DNA of 64,000 bases from Flavobacteriaceae bacterium (GTDB lineage Bacteria > Bacteroidota > Bacteroidia > Flavobacteriales > Flavobacteriaceae): positions 10,452-74,451 of the forward strand of contig JABXIJ010000003.1 of assembly GCA_013373105.1 (NCBI GenBank), read 5' to 3'. Below are positions 36,159-45,204 of this stretch, piece after piece. The translations under genes were made by a program, and so were the position numbers. The stretch's first letter is position 1, and every line of letters starts with the position of its first letter. The notes beneath the pieces are model-generated. The model was given only the letters and a program-made list of their open reading frames with translations, did no database searches and was not told where the DNA came from.

Positions 36159-37643
36159 TTATAGTTTTATAGTTTGAATTGACTCTTTTTGAACAGCAAT
36201 AACAACTGACTTATCAACTAAAACAAGTTCAATTGTTTTTGGTTTGTTTGTTTGATTAAAAACAACAACTGCTATAGAACCATCTATATTTTTTGCAGCA
36301 GTAATCATTAATTCTTTATCTGTATTTTGCACTTCAATTACCTTAGCTTCTGGTCTAATAAATCTACTAAAATGAGCTAAAGTGTAATAAATTGGCGTAA
36401 AGTAAACTTCGTCTTTTTCTTCATCTACAATAACAGGAGCTACACACCAGTTTTTAAACCAATTTGGGCCTCCTTGTTTATTTAAAACCATATTCCAGTC
36501 TATCCAACCATCTACCCAATTGTTTAGACATCCAATAATATCTCTTGCATATCTAAAAACAGGTGAATATTTAGGATGTAAATGTTTATCTTTTTCAGGT
36601 GCCCAATCCCAACCCCAGTCTGTGGCTTCTTTATTCCAATACCACTCATCATCTTTCCACTTAGGTACTTCTGCATCTACACAAGCTTCAGATTGAATTA
36701 AATATTTATTTGGTGCTTTTTCATGAGCATATTGTAATTCTTCTGGAAAATAATGAAATGTACTTGCATACCAGTGAATTGCTGTACCATCGAAAAATTT
36801 AGTTGTTTCTTCGTTTTTAAACTGAGCGTCTACCCATTCTTTTAAATGCTCTCTGTTTTGATCATAACCTAAAATTTTAACGCTTGGATAATCTGCTCTT
36901 AATTTTGGCCCTAAATGATGTTGAACGAAATTGGTCATTTCCTCTGGAGTGTAATGCATACTTTCCCAGTTACTATCATTTCCTAGTGGTTCATTTTCTA
37001 CAGTTACTCCCCAAATATCTATACCCTGCTTTTTGTAAGCTGCTATATATTTTGAGAAAAACAAAGCCCATGTGTCGTAATATTCTGGTAAAAGTTTTCC
37101 ACCTGTCCAATTATTATTGTCTTTCATCCATGGTGAAGCTGTCCAAGGTGATGATAAAATTTTAAAACCATCTTTTGATACTTTCATTGCATCTTTAATC
37201 ATTGGAATTATATCATCTTTATCTTCTTCAATAGTAAAGTGTTTTAGCTCCTTATCGTCAACAATGGGTGCATAAGAATACTGATCTAAAGAAAAGTCAC
37301 AAGAATTCATATGAGTTCTAGTTAGTGAATATTTAGCACCAGTTTCACCAAAATATGCTTCTATAATTTTTGCTCTATTTGCTTTACTTAGTTTATTTAA
37401 TAAATAAGCAGAAGCTTCTGTAAATGATCCTCCAAAGCCAGTTATGGTTTGTCTCTCATTTTTAGGGTTTAGAACAACTTTTGTTATTTCAGATGTATTT
37501 TCTTTACCTGAAAAGTTATTTAGTTTAGTTAATTTATTACCAGCCTTAGAAGTTTCATACACTTCTACAGTTAGTGTTTTTTCTTGCATATTGCAACTCA
37601 CAATCATAATACAACTAATAAATAGTAAAACTCTTTTAATCAT
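36159..37643 (-). CDS. GH30 family glycosidase (beta-1,6-glucanase/glucosidase type), lipoprotein
   Basis: It has a lipobox (IVSC). It shows the GH30 acid/base block GVTVENEP and the nucleophile block IQSEAC. The overall layout is glucosylceramidase-like. Confidence 0.85.
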   Translation of the reverse strand: MIKRVLLFISCIMIVSCNMQEKTLTVEVYETSKAGNKLTKLNNFSGKENTSEITKVVLNPKNERQTITGFGGSFTEASAYLLNKLSKANRAKIIEAYFGETGAKYSLTRTHMNSCDFSLDQYSYAPIVDDKELKHFTIEEDKDDIIPMIKDAMKVSKDGFKILSSPWTASPWMKDNNNWTGGKLLPEYYDTWALFFSKYIAAYKKQGIDIWGVTVENEPLGNDSNWESMHYTPEEMTNFVQHHLGPKLRADYPSVKILGYDQNREHLKEWVDAQFKNEETTKFFDGTAIHWYASTFHYFPEELQYAHEKAPNKYLIQSEACVDAEVPKWKDDEWYWNKEATDWGWDWAPEKDKHLHPKYSPVFRYARDIIGCLNNWVDGWIDWNMVLNKQGGPNWFKNWCVAPVIVDEEKDEVYFTPIYYTLAHFSRFIRPEAKVIEVQNTDKELMITAAKNIDGSIAVVVFNQTNKPKTIELVLVDKSVVIAVQKESIQTIKL

Positions 37644-37644
37644 T

Positions 37645-38928
37645 TTATTTTGGGTAATCTGTATTTGGCTCCATTACCGTTTTTAATAATGCATCTTTAT
37701 CTCCATTAAAAGATTTAGTTATTTTCTTCCCATTTCTTTCTAATCCATCAAAAATTCCTTGATCAACTAAATTCCAAATTGGATATTTTGCTTCTCCTTT
37801 TAAATTAATTAATCCAAAATGATTTTCAGAACCATTAGGATTAGCTGCATCTTTCCACTGCTCATCGAAAGCTTCGAAATAAAAACATGATACCCCTTCA
37901 GCATTTGTCCATTCTCTCATATGTTTATAATACAATCCTTGCTTATATTCATCTGACGCTCTAGAACCATCTTTACCATAATGTCCATCTGAAATTGAAG
38001 CCCAACCTGTTTCTCCAATATGAACTGTTTTTGTTGAATCAATAGTCTTAACATAATCAACTACTTTATGGTAAAGCTGTTTGGCATTATCTGCTGCACG
38101 TAACATAGCTTTATCAGCTTTTTCAACAACTGATAAATCTTTTTCCTCTTCTGGCACTTTCCAAAAAGCAGACACATAATGCGAGTAATGATAAGGATAG
38201 GTGTGCATTGACACATAGTCTACAGATTTAATTAAGTCTTCCAAATCTTTAACTTTGTAGCTTGCATCACCACCACCCCAAGATGAAAAATCATCTGAAC
38301 TTGTAATCCATAAATCTTTTGAAAGTTCACCACTTTTCTTTAAATCTTGTAAGTGATTTACCCACTTTAAAATTACATTTGGCCTAACAAAATAACTTGT
38401 AGCCCATGTAACCATTGCCTCATTACCAACAGCTATTATTTTAACAATATCTGGGTATTGTTTGGCCAAAGCCACTGCTCTAGCAATTTCACCTTCGTTA
38501 TTTGGGCTTTCTATTTCATGATTAGGAGCTTTATCTGTCCAAGCATTTAAGCAATCTATCCAAGCCCCAAGCATAACATACATTTCAAAACTTGAATCTT
38601 CTTTTTTTAATTCGCTAATTGCTTTTAAAACATTAGAAGCATGTGGTAATTTAGGTTGCACATTGTAAGTTCTTAAAATGCGAATACCCATTGCATGCAT
38701 TATTTTTAAATCTTCTTTAAGTTGATTAATTGTAGGTTGAATTTCTCTTGTGTTTTCTCTGTAACCACCATAAGAAATTGCCAAGTATTTTGGGTTTCCC
38801 AAAATATCTGCTGCAGTTAAGTCTTTTTTAGTTTTCAATACGTCGTCCTCTTTTTGTTCATTTTTTACACAGGATATCATAGAAATTAAGAACACTAATA
38901 TTAGAATAGATTGTAATTTATTTTTCAT
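37645..38928 (-). CDS. GH17 family endo-beta-1,3-glucanase, lipoprotein
   Basis: It has a lipobox (MISC), plus AVGNEAMV (acid/base) and IGETGWAS (nucleophile). Confidence 0.8.
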   Translation of the reverse strand: MKNKLQSILILVFLISMISCVKNEQKEDDVLKTKKDLTAADILGNPKYLAISYGGYRENTREIQPTINQLKEDLKIMHAMGIRILRTYNVQPKLPHASNVLKAISELKKEDSSFEMYVMLGAWIDCLNAWTDKAPNHEIESPNNEGEIARAVALAKQYPDIVKIIAVGNEAMVTWATSYFVRPNVILKWVNHLQDLKKSGELSKDLWITSSDDFSSWGGGDASYKVKDLEDLIKSVDYVSMHTYPYHYSHYVSAFWKVPEEEKDLSVVEKADKAMLRAADNAKQLYHKVVDYVKTIDSTKTVHIGETGWASISDGHYGKDGSRASDEYKQGLYYKHMREWTNAEGVSCFYFEAFDEQWKDAANPNGSENHFGLINLKGEAKYPIWNLVDQGIFDGLERNGKKITKSFNGDKDALLKTVMEPNTDYPK

Positions 38929-38989
38929 TGTTATTCTCGTTTTATGATTAATCCTGTAATTAATTTTGCTTAAAAGCTAATTTTGTTCT

Positions 38990-40789
38990 TTAATATTGTA
39001 ATCCATAACCAAATTCGTAAAGTGGTTTTATACTATTATCCCAAAAATTTGGTCCATACTTACCCTTATAATCTTCTAAAGATTTTGGCCAAGAATGTGG
39101 TAATTTTCCTTTAAAATTGTATTCTCCAAATAATACTTCAGCAACACCATCTCCTTCAGAACCTGGTAACCAAGCTGCAACAAAAGCATCTGAAGCATTA
39201 ATTTCATCAGTAACTACTAATGGTCGACCAGATATTAATACAACTAATGTTTTAATTCCTTTTCTTGTATACTTTCTAATATAATTTTTATGTTCTATTG
39301 TTAACTCTAAAGTAAGTTTGTTGGATTCATGCCCTATGTCTCCAAAAAACTCTGCATAAGGTTGTTCACCTACAACTACTATTGCTAAATCTGCATCTAA
39401 ATGATCTCCTTCAGCTTCTTTATCATAAACAACTTTAGCCTTTGTTTGTTTTTTTATACCGTCTAAAATGGTGGTTGCCCCTTTATAGTTTTCTTCTGTT
39501 CCTTGCCAATTTACAGTCCAACCTCCAGATTGCAAACCAGAACTATTAGCATGCTCTCCTACTACAACAATTTTTTTTATGTTTTTTGATATTGGTAAAA
39601 CACTTTTATTTTTTAACAAAACAAGTGATTCTCTAACAGCTTGTTTGGCAATTTCTCTATGTGAAGTAATTCCAATTTTTTTGACTAATGATGAATCTGG
39701 AAAAGGGTTTTGAAAAAGTCCTAATCTGAATTTTTGACGTAAAATCCTGCGAACTGCATCATCTATTCTCGATAATGGAATTTTATTTGACTCTACACCT
39801 TCTTTAACTCCTTGTTGAAAATCGTCTAAATCTCCATCAACTGCCATTACCATATCTACACCAGCATTTATAATATCAATACCTCCAAAACGTGAATATG
39901 CTTTCCAATCAGAAACTAGTATTCCATCGAAATTCATCCCAACTTTTAACGTATCTGTTAGTAATGCTTTGTGAGCATGCATAGAAATACCAGTAACAGT
40001 ATTAAAAGACGCCATTACAGCTCCAACTTTTTCTTTAACAGCTACTTTGTAAGGCGGTAATAACAATCCTTGTAACTGTTCTGTTGAAAGTGATGTTTCT
40101 CCACCTTCTACTCCAAAATTTGTAGCTCCATCACCAACATAATGCTTAGCTGTTGCCATAACTGTAGAAGAGTCTTCTAAGTTGCCTTGATGCCCTCTTA
40201 CAGAGGCTTTAGTTAAAGATTCTGTAATTTTAGTGCTTTCTGAAAATGATTCGTAAACTCTCCCCCATTTTTCATTAAATGGAATTGCTATACATGGTGA
40301 GAAAACCCAATTAAATCCTGTAGCTTGACTTTCTAAAGCCGTAATTTTTGCAATTTTTTCTACAAGGTCAGGATTATTTGCTGCTCCTAAACCAATATTA
40401 TGAGGAAAAATTGTTGCCCCTTCAAAGGTGTTTTGACCATGAACAGCATCTACACCAAAAAGTAAAGGAATACCTAACCTAGTTGATAATGCTTTCTTTT
40501 GAAGTTTTACAAATTTTGCTTGCCATTCTTCAGCAATTTCACCTGGTAAAGGACCTTGAGTGTGAATAATAGAACCAATAAATTTTTCTGAAATAGATTC
40601 TTCTGCTGATTCTTCAAAATGTCTAATTTGAGACATTTGACCAATTTTTTCTTCTAAAGTCATTAACTTTAAAAGAGAGTCTATTTTTTGTTCTAATTGA
40701 GCATCTTTACTCATTACTTCTTTTTTTGAACAGTTTAATAGTAGTATTAAAAAACAACAAAGCACATATTTTAAATTGCCGTTAATCAT
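38990..40789 (-). CDS. GH3 family beta-glucosidase
   Basis: The GH3 blocks are present: GVDAVHG, KHYVGDG, and GILVSDW containing the nucleophile Asp. It has a signal/lipobox (LLLNC). Confidence 0.9.
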   Translation of the reverse strand: MINGNLKYVLCCFLILLLNCSKKEVMSKDAQLEQKIDSLLKLMTLEEKIGQMSQIRHFEESAEESISEKFIGSIIHTQGPLPGEIAEEWQAKFVKLQKKALSTRLGIPLLFGVDAVHGQNTFEGATIFPHNIGLGAANNPDLVEKIAKITALESQATGFNWVFSPCIAIPFNEKWGRVYESFSESTKITESLTKASVRGHQGNLEDSSTVMATAKHYVGDGATNFGVEGGETSLSTEQLQGLLLPPYKVAVKEKVGAVMASFNTVTGISMHAHKALLTDTLKVGMNFDGILVSDWKAYSRFGGIDIINAGVDMVMAVDGDLDDFQQGVKEGVESNKIPLSRIDDAVRRILRQKFRLGLFQNPFPDSSLVKKIGITSHREIAKQAVRESLVLLKNKSVLPISKNIKKIVVVGEHANSSGLQSGGWTVNWQGTEENYKGATTILDGIKKQTKAKVVYDKEAEGDHLDADLAIVVVGEQPYAEFFGDIGHESNKLTLELTIEHKNYIRKYTRKGIKTLVVLISGRPLVVTDEINASDAFVAAWLPGSEGDGVAEVLFGEYNFKGKLPHSWPKSLEDYKGKYGPNFWDNSIKPLYEFGYGLQY

Positions 40790-40793
40790 TTAA

Positions 40794-43700
40794 TTATTTT
40801 AAAATAGATACTATTAAATAGCTTACTTTATTTGTTCTATTAAAAATTTCTGTACTTATAGTTTTACTTAAGACTAAGCCTTCAACACTTTGACTTTCAG
40901 AATCATTGAAAATAACATCTATACTTTCTTTATTAGATATTTTATAAATTACGGGAACTTGACAATACGTAAAACACATTTGGTTTTTTTGAATATGTAA
41001 TTGCTTATGATTTCCAGAAACACTTATATAATCAAATACCTCATCAGAGTCTAAAAACTCATTCTTTTTTAATAATCTTGGTTTAAAGGTTATTTTACCA
41101 TCAAAAACAAAAACACCAAGTTCTCCTATTCTACTTAAAATATCTTCTTTTACTTGACCTGTCATACCTGGTTGTTGTGCTCCTTTTGTTGCTGGTGTAT
41201 GTGAATAAGCATCAGTTGGAAAAGCACCATAAAGTTCTGGTGATTTATGCACTCCAATACCAGCATTTATTTCATAATAATGATCAAGTAATTTCCCTAT
41301 TACCACATCACTTTCTTTAGTATTTATAGCTAACAAGCAGTTTTCTTGAACAGCTAAAAGTAATTTTGAAACCATATGCCAATAAATAGAACCTAATCCT
41401 TCATAACCGAAAAAAGTTCCAGAACGTCCAGTAAATGATTTGTGATCAAATATTTCTTCAAAAACCTCAAGAATATATTTTTTCTCTTTTTTTACCAAAC
41501 TTGTATAGTCTTCAGGTAAACTTTCTAGCGCAGTTTTTACACTATTAGCATTATTGAAATTACCATTAAAATGATAGTTCCCTAGAATGTCTTTTTCAAC
41601 AATTGTTTGATTATCATCTTTAATCAATGTTTTAATTAAATTTGATTGTTCAATTTTAGATTTTTCAATATTATTTTTAGCTGTAAATCTTGGTAAGTTT
41701 TTATTAGGATATAATATATAACTATATTGATCTGGTCTAAACAAAGCACTAGCTTTTAATCCGTCTAATAAATCTAAAGCCTCTTGTGGAGACAAATAAC
41801 CTGAACTTAAAGCAGCAACTTGGCCTTCTAACATTTCAGGTAAATACGAAATTGATACTTCTTTTTCGTTCTCAAGCGTCATTAAATTATACGCATGATA
41901 CATATTATCTTTTCGCTTATTTGCTCTAATACTATGATCTAAATATTGCTTAGTCAGCTCAAAAAACTGTATTAGTTCAGCTTTAGAAACTGACGCTTTT
42001 TTAGCTGAAAATCCTTTTTTATAAATAGTGTTTCTATATTCACTAGCAGGAATTCCTACACCATCTAATATGGTTTTTCTTTCTTCATTAGAAACACTTT
42101 TAGATAATATTGTTGCATTTTCATCTAATACTTCAAGAATACTAGTAAACATTTTTGCAACTTCTATTGAAATTTCAACGCTATCAGTATTTGAGTTTTC
42201 AACTACATTTTCAAAAAAGTTTATAAACCTTCTTAAATAATATAATGTAACCATAGAGACACCATTACCAACTAAAGCGTTGTTAGCATCATTCCATTCT
42301 GGGCGTTGAGTATTTAACCAAATACCACCTTCTGGAATAAAGTTTGATACTTTTGCTAAAACTGTAACTAATAATTTCTCTATTAAATTAACCTTATATA
42401 TTGTATTACTTTGATCTCTTAACAAAGCACCATCTGCACCTAATTCTTCTCTTCTTTGCTCTATAATTTCTTGCAATTTATGGTCGAAATCAATTGTATC
42501 TTTTGAGTTTTTTAATATATCTTCATAAGGCTTAATTATATATGGCACATTTGCATAAACAAAAATTTGTTCAGTAAATAACTCATTCAATTTAGCTGGA
42601 TAATAATTTTCTATAAACTCTAAGAATTTTAGTAGATAAATTATTTGATGATCTCCCCAATAACCAATGTAAGACCAAGGGTCATTTTCTTCGATAACTT
42701 CCCAATCGAAACCACCTTTAGTAACTCTGTAAGGATTATATCCTTCAAATGTTGTTGCATTTAAAAACTTATGAATCATACTCTCAATAAACTGAGGATA
42801 TGAATGTGCAAGTGCTTCCCAGTTTTGAAAAATATCACGCCAGTTACCTTCGTAATCTAAAATTTTAGAGCCATCAATCTCACTTTTTGTATTTATAGAA
42901 AACTTATTCCATGGTCTACTTGGGTCTCCATGTCTTCTACTAAACTTTAATGGAAGATACTCTAAACATAAACGTTTAAAATCTGAATTTGAATCTTTTT
43001 CAGCCAACTCTTTAATAAACGATAAGGAAAATTCTTTAGGTAAATTGGCTAGATCAGTTTTTTTAAGTTGATACAACTTCTTATTAGCATTTGCTAAATA
43101 TGTTGTAAAATCATCTTTTTCAATTTTGTAATTGTCATCAAATATTCCACCTCTCATTATATTGAAAAGTGTATTAGAAAAATGACGTATATTTACTAAA
43201 GGATCATCAGATAGTTGTAAACCATCTGAAGCAGCTGCTAATTTTATAAGTTTGTTGGTACCTTCATCTATTGATTGTTGAAGTAGTGCTGTTAAATTCG
43301 ATTCATTTTTAATCAATTCAGAGATACTAACAACATCTGAAACAGACTGATTAACATTAGCAATCTGTATCCAAGATTCTGTACTATTTTCTTCTAAACT
43401 AATTGTTGCAGAAGTAAGGTAAGCACCTTTTTCTGCTTTTACATCAACCTCTTGCGTTAAAGCATTACCATTTCTGAAAGCATCTAATTGAGAAGAGGAC
43501 AATAAGTAGGTTGGGTTGTCTAAACCTAAAGACCAAACAATATTAGCTTTTAAAGCTTCACTTGGTTCTGCTTTATCAACGATTATGGCACTTAGTGCAT
43601 AAATACCTAAACCAACTTCTTCTTCTAATTCACACTTTTTATAAGCATCTACAAGGTTACTTCTGATGCCTTGTAAATCTGCACCAACTCCATAAGGTAA

Positions 43701-44237
43701 AATGTTTTGCATACCATCTAAAACATCAATTTCTAAAGCTTTTGATGAATTATTGGTAAGTCTTGCCTTTCTAACAAAACCATAAGCATCACTTGAGTTC
43801 CATTCGTATTGAAATGAAAGGTTTAAATCATAATTTATTTCCTCAAAAATGATTTTATTTCCATAGATATTTTTGTAAATATTTCTTTTTGTTTGATAAA
43901 TACCTGCTTGTCTTTCCGAAAAAGGTTCCCAAAGTTTAGTAACTGAACCATCTTTAAATCTAAATATGGTTTTACTACCTGTTGTTTCAGCTAACTGAGT
44001 AATTTTATCATCTGTATAATAAGGAAATAAAGAAAAGTCTGCATTTTTTCTACCAGCAGTTAAACCACCATTGCTTGAAATAAACATCCAATGATTAGAG
44101 TCTGAAACTATAGTCATAAAAAAAGGTCTCATTCTATGACTGTTAGCTATTTTATAAAAAGTTTCACCTTCTATATTTACTAAACTTCCAGCTACTTTAT
44201 CTTTAGAAATTTCTTTTTGAATAATTGAATTGTTCAT
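40794..44237 (-). CDS. Large cytoplasmic protein, candidate GH149-like beta-1,3-glucan phosphorylase (the ORF is certain; the family call is tentative)
   Basis: It is 1147 aa with no signal peptide. GNWRDIFQNWE (residues 464-474) and RPEWNDANNAL (residues 645-655) resemble the RDxxQ and (D)WND catalytic-Asp blocks of GH94-type (alpha/alpha)6 phosphorylases as I remember them. The gene context is GH3/GH17/GH30/MFS. Confidence 0.45.
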   Translation of the reverse strand: MNNSIIQKEISKDKVAGSLVNIEGETFYKIANSHRMRPFFMTIVSDSNHWMFISSNGGLTAGRKNADFSLFPYYTDDKITQLAETTGSKTIFRFKDGSVTKLWEPFSERQAGIYQTKRNIYKNIYGNKIIFEEINYDLNLSFQYEWNSSDAYGFVRKARLTNNSSKALEIDVLDGMQNILPYGVGADLQGIRSNLVDAYKKCELEEEVGLGIYALSAIIVDKAEPSEALKANIVWSLGLDNPTYLLSSSQLDAFRNGNALTQEVDVKAEKGAYLTSATISLEENSTESWIQIANVNQSVSDVVSISELIKNESNLTALLQQSIDEGTNKLIKLAAASDGLQLSDDPLVNIRHFSNTLFNIMRGGIFDDNYKIEKDDFTTYLANANKKLYQLKKTDLANLPKEFSLSFIKELAEKDSNSDFKRLCLEYLPLKFSRRHGDPSRPWNKFSINTKSEIDGSKILDYEGNWRDIFQNWEALAHSYPQFIESMIHKFLNATTFEGYNPYRVTKGGFDWEVIEENDPWSYIGYWGDHQIIYLLKFLEFIENYYPAKLNELFTEQIFVYANVPYIIKPYEDILKNSKDTIDFDHKLQEIIEQRREELGADGALLRDQSNTIYKVNLIEKLLVTVLAKVSNFIPEGGIWLNTQRPEWNDANNALVGNGVSMVTLYYLRRFINFFENVVENSNTDSVEISIEVAKMFTSILEVLDENATILSKSVSNEERKTILDGVGIPASEYRNTIYKKGFSAKKASVSKAELIQFFELTKQYLDHSIRANKRKDNMYHAYNLMTLENEKEVSISYLPEMLEGQVAALSSGYLSPQEALDLLDGLKASALFRPDQYSYILYPNKNLPRFTAKNNIEKSKIEQSNLIKTLIKDDNQTIVEKDILGNYHFNGNFNNANSVKTALESLPEDYTSLVKKEKKYILEVFEEIFDHKSFTGRSGTFFGYEGLGSIYWHMVSKLLLAVQENCLLAINTKESDVVIGKLLDHYYEINAGIGVHKSPELYGAFPTDAYSHTPATKGAQQPGMTGQVKEDILSRIGELGVFVFDGKITFKPRLLKKNEFLDSDEVFDYISVSGNHKQLHIQKNQMCFTYCQVPVIYKISNKESIDVIFNDSESQSVEGLVLSKTISTEIFNRTNKVSYLIVSILK

Positions 44238-44311
44238 GTATTTAAATTGGTTATTTTTTTGAGAGGATTTGTTTTTCGATCTAAGATTTATTAAAAAATG
44301 ATGAAATTTTA

Positions 44312-44348
44312 GAAAAAAAAAGATGATGACAGCTAAGCTATCATCATC
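44312..44348 (-). terminator. Rho-independent terminator after GH16
   Basis: The stem gatgatgacagc / gctatcatcatc (one mismatch) is followed on the minus strand by a T10 run (A-run 44312-44321 on plus). Confidence 0.7.
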
Positions 44349-44362
44349 GTAAATAAATTTTA

Positions 44363-45193
44363 TTAATTAAAAACTCTAATGTAATCAATCTCCATTGTTT
44401 GTGGGAAAACTGTTTCAACATTTGGGCTACCCGCAAATGAACCTCCAACAGCTACGTTTAAAATAATATAGAATTCTCTATCGTTAAACACCCAATTTGT
44501 ACCATCTGGTAAATCATCTGGAGTTATTTGATTATAAAGAACATCGTCTACATAATAATTAATATAGTTTGGTCCCCATTCTATACCATAAATATGGAAT
44601 TGAGTATCTAATCTTGCATTTAAATCATAACTTTTAGTAACAGCATTACCTGCAGAGTAACCTGGACCATGAATTGAACCATGGGTTATAGTAGGTTCAT
44701 CACCTCTATTTTCCATGATGTCAATTTCACCAATATTTGGCCAACTTACAGAACCATTTTCATCATCACCTAACATCCAAAAAGCAGGCCATAGGCCTTT
44801 ACCCCATGGTAATTTTATTCGAGCTTCAAAACGACCATATTTTTGTTGAAATAAACCTTTGGTTAAAATTCTTGCAGATGTATAACCTGCACCCATATAG
44901 TTTTCTTTTATTGCTGTAATTTTTAACACGCCATTTTCTACCTTCACATTTTCTGGTCTTGCTGTATAGTACTGTAATTCATTATTTCCCCAACCAGGAA
45001 TTCCTTGAGCAGTACCATCACCGATTTCATAAACCCATCTGTTTATGTCTGGTGCACCAGAATTATCAAAATCATCGCTCCAAACTAAATTATTAAGTGA
45101 AGTCACCGTTTGTGTTTCTGAGTTTTCACAACTAGATAATACTGCTAATACTAACGCAACAAAACCTAGCCTATTTATTTTATTAAGCTTCAT
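44363..45193 (-). CDS. GH16 family endo-beta-1,3-glucanase (laminarinase), lipoprotein
   Basis: It has a lipobox (LSSC), the canonical GH16 catalytic motif E-I-D-I-M-E (GEIDIMENRG), and WPAFWMLG. Confidence 0.9.
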   Translation of the reverse strand: MKLNKINRLGFVALVLAVLSSCENSETQTVTSLNNLVWSDDFDNSGAPDINRWVYEIGDGTAQGIPGWGNNELQYYTARPENVKVENGVLKITAIKENYMGAGYTSARILTKGLFQQKYGRFEARIKLPWGKGLWPAFWMLGDDENGSVSWPNIGEIDIMENRGDEPTITHGSIHGPGYSAGNAVTKSYDLNARLDTQFHIYGIEWGPNYINYYVDDVLYNQITPDDLPDGTNWVFNDREFYIILNVAVGGSFAGSPNVETVFPQTMEIDYIRVFN

Positions 45194-45204
45194 TTTTTTG
45201 TTTT

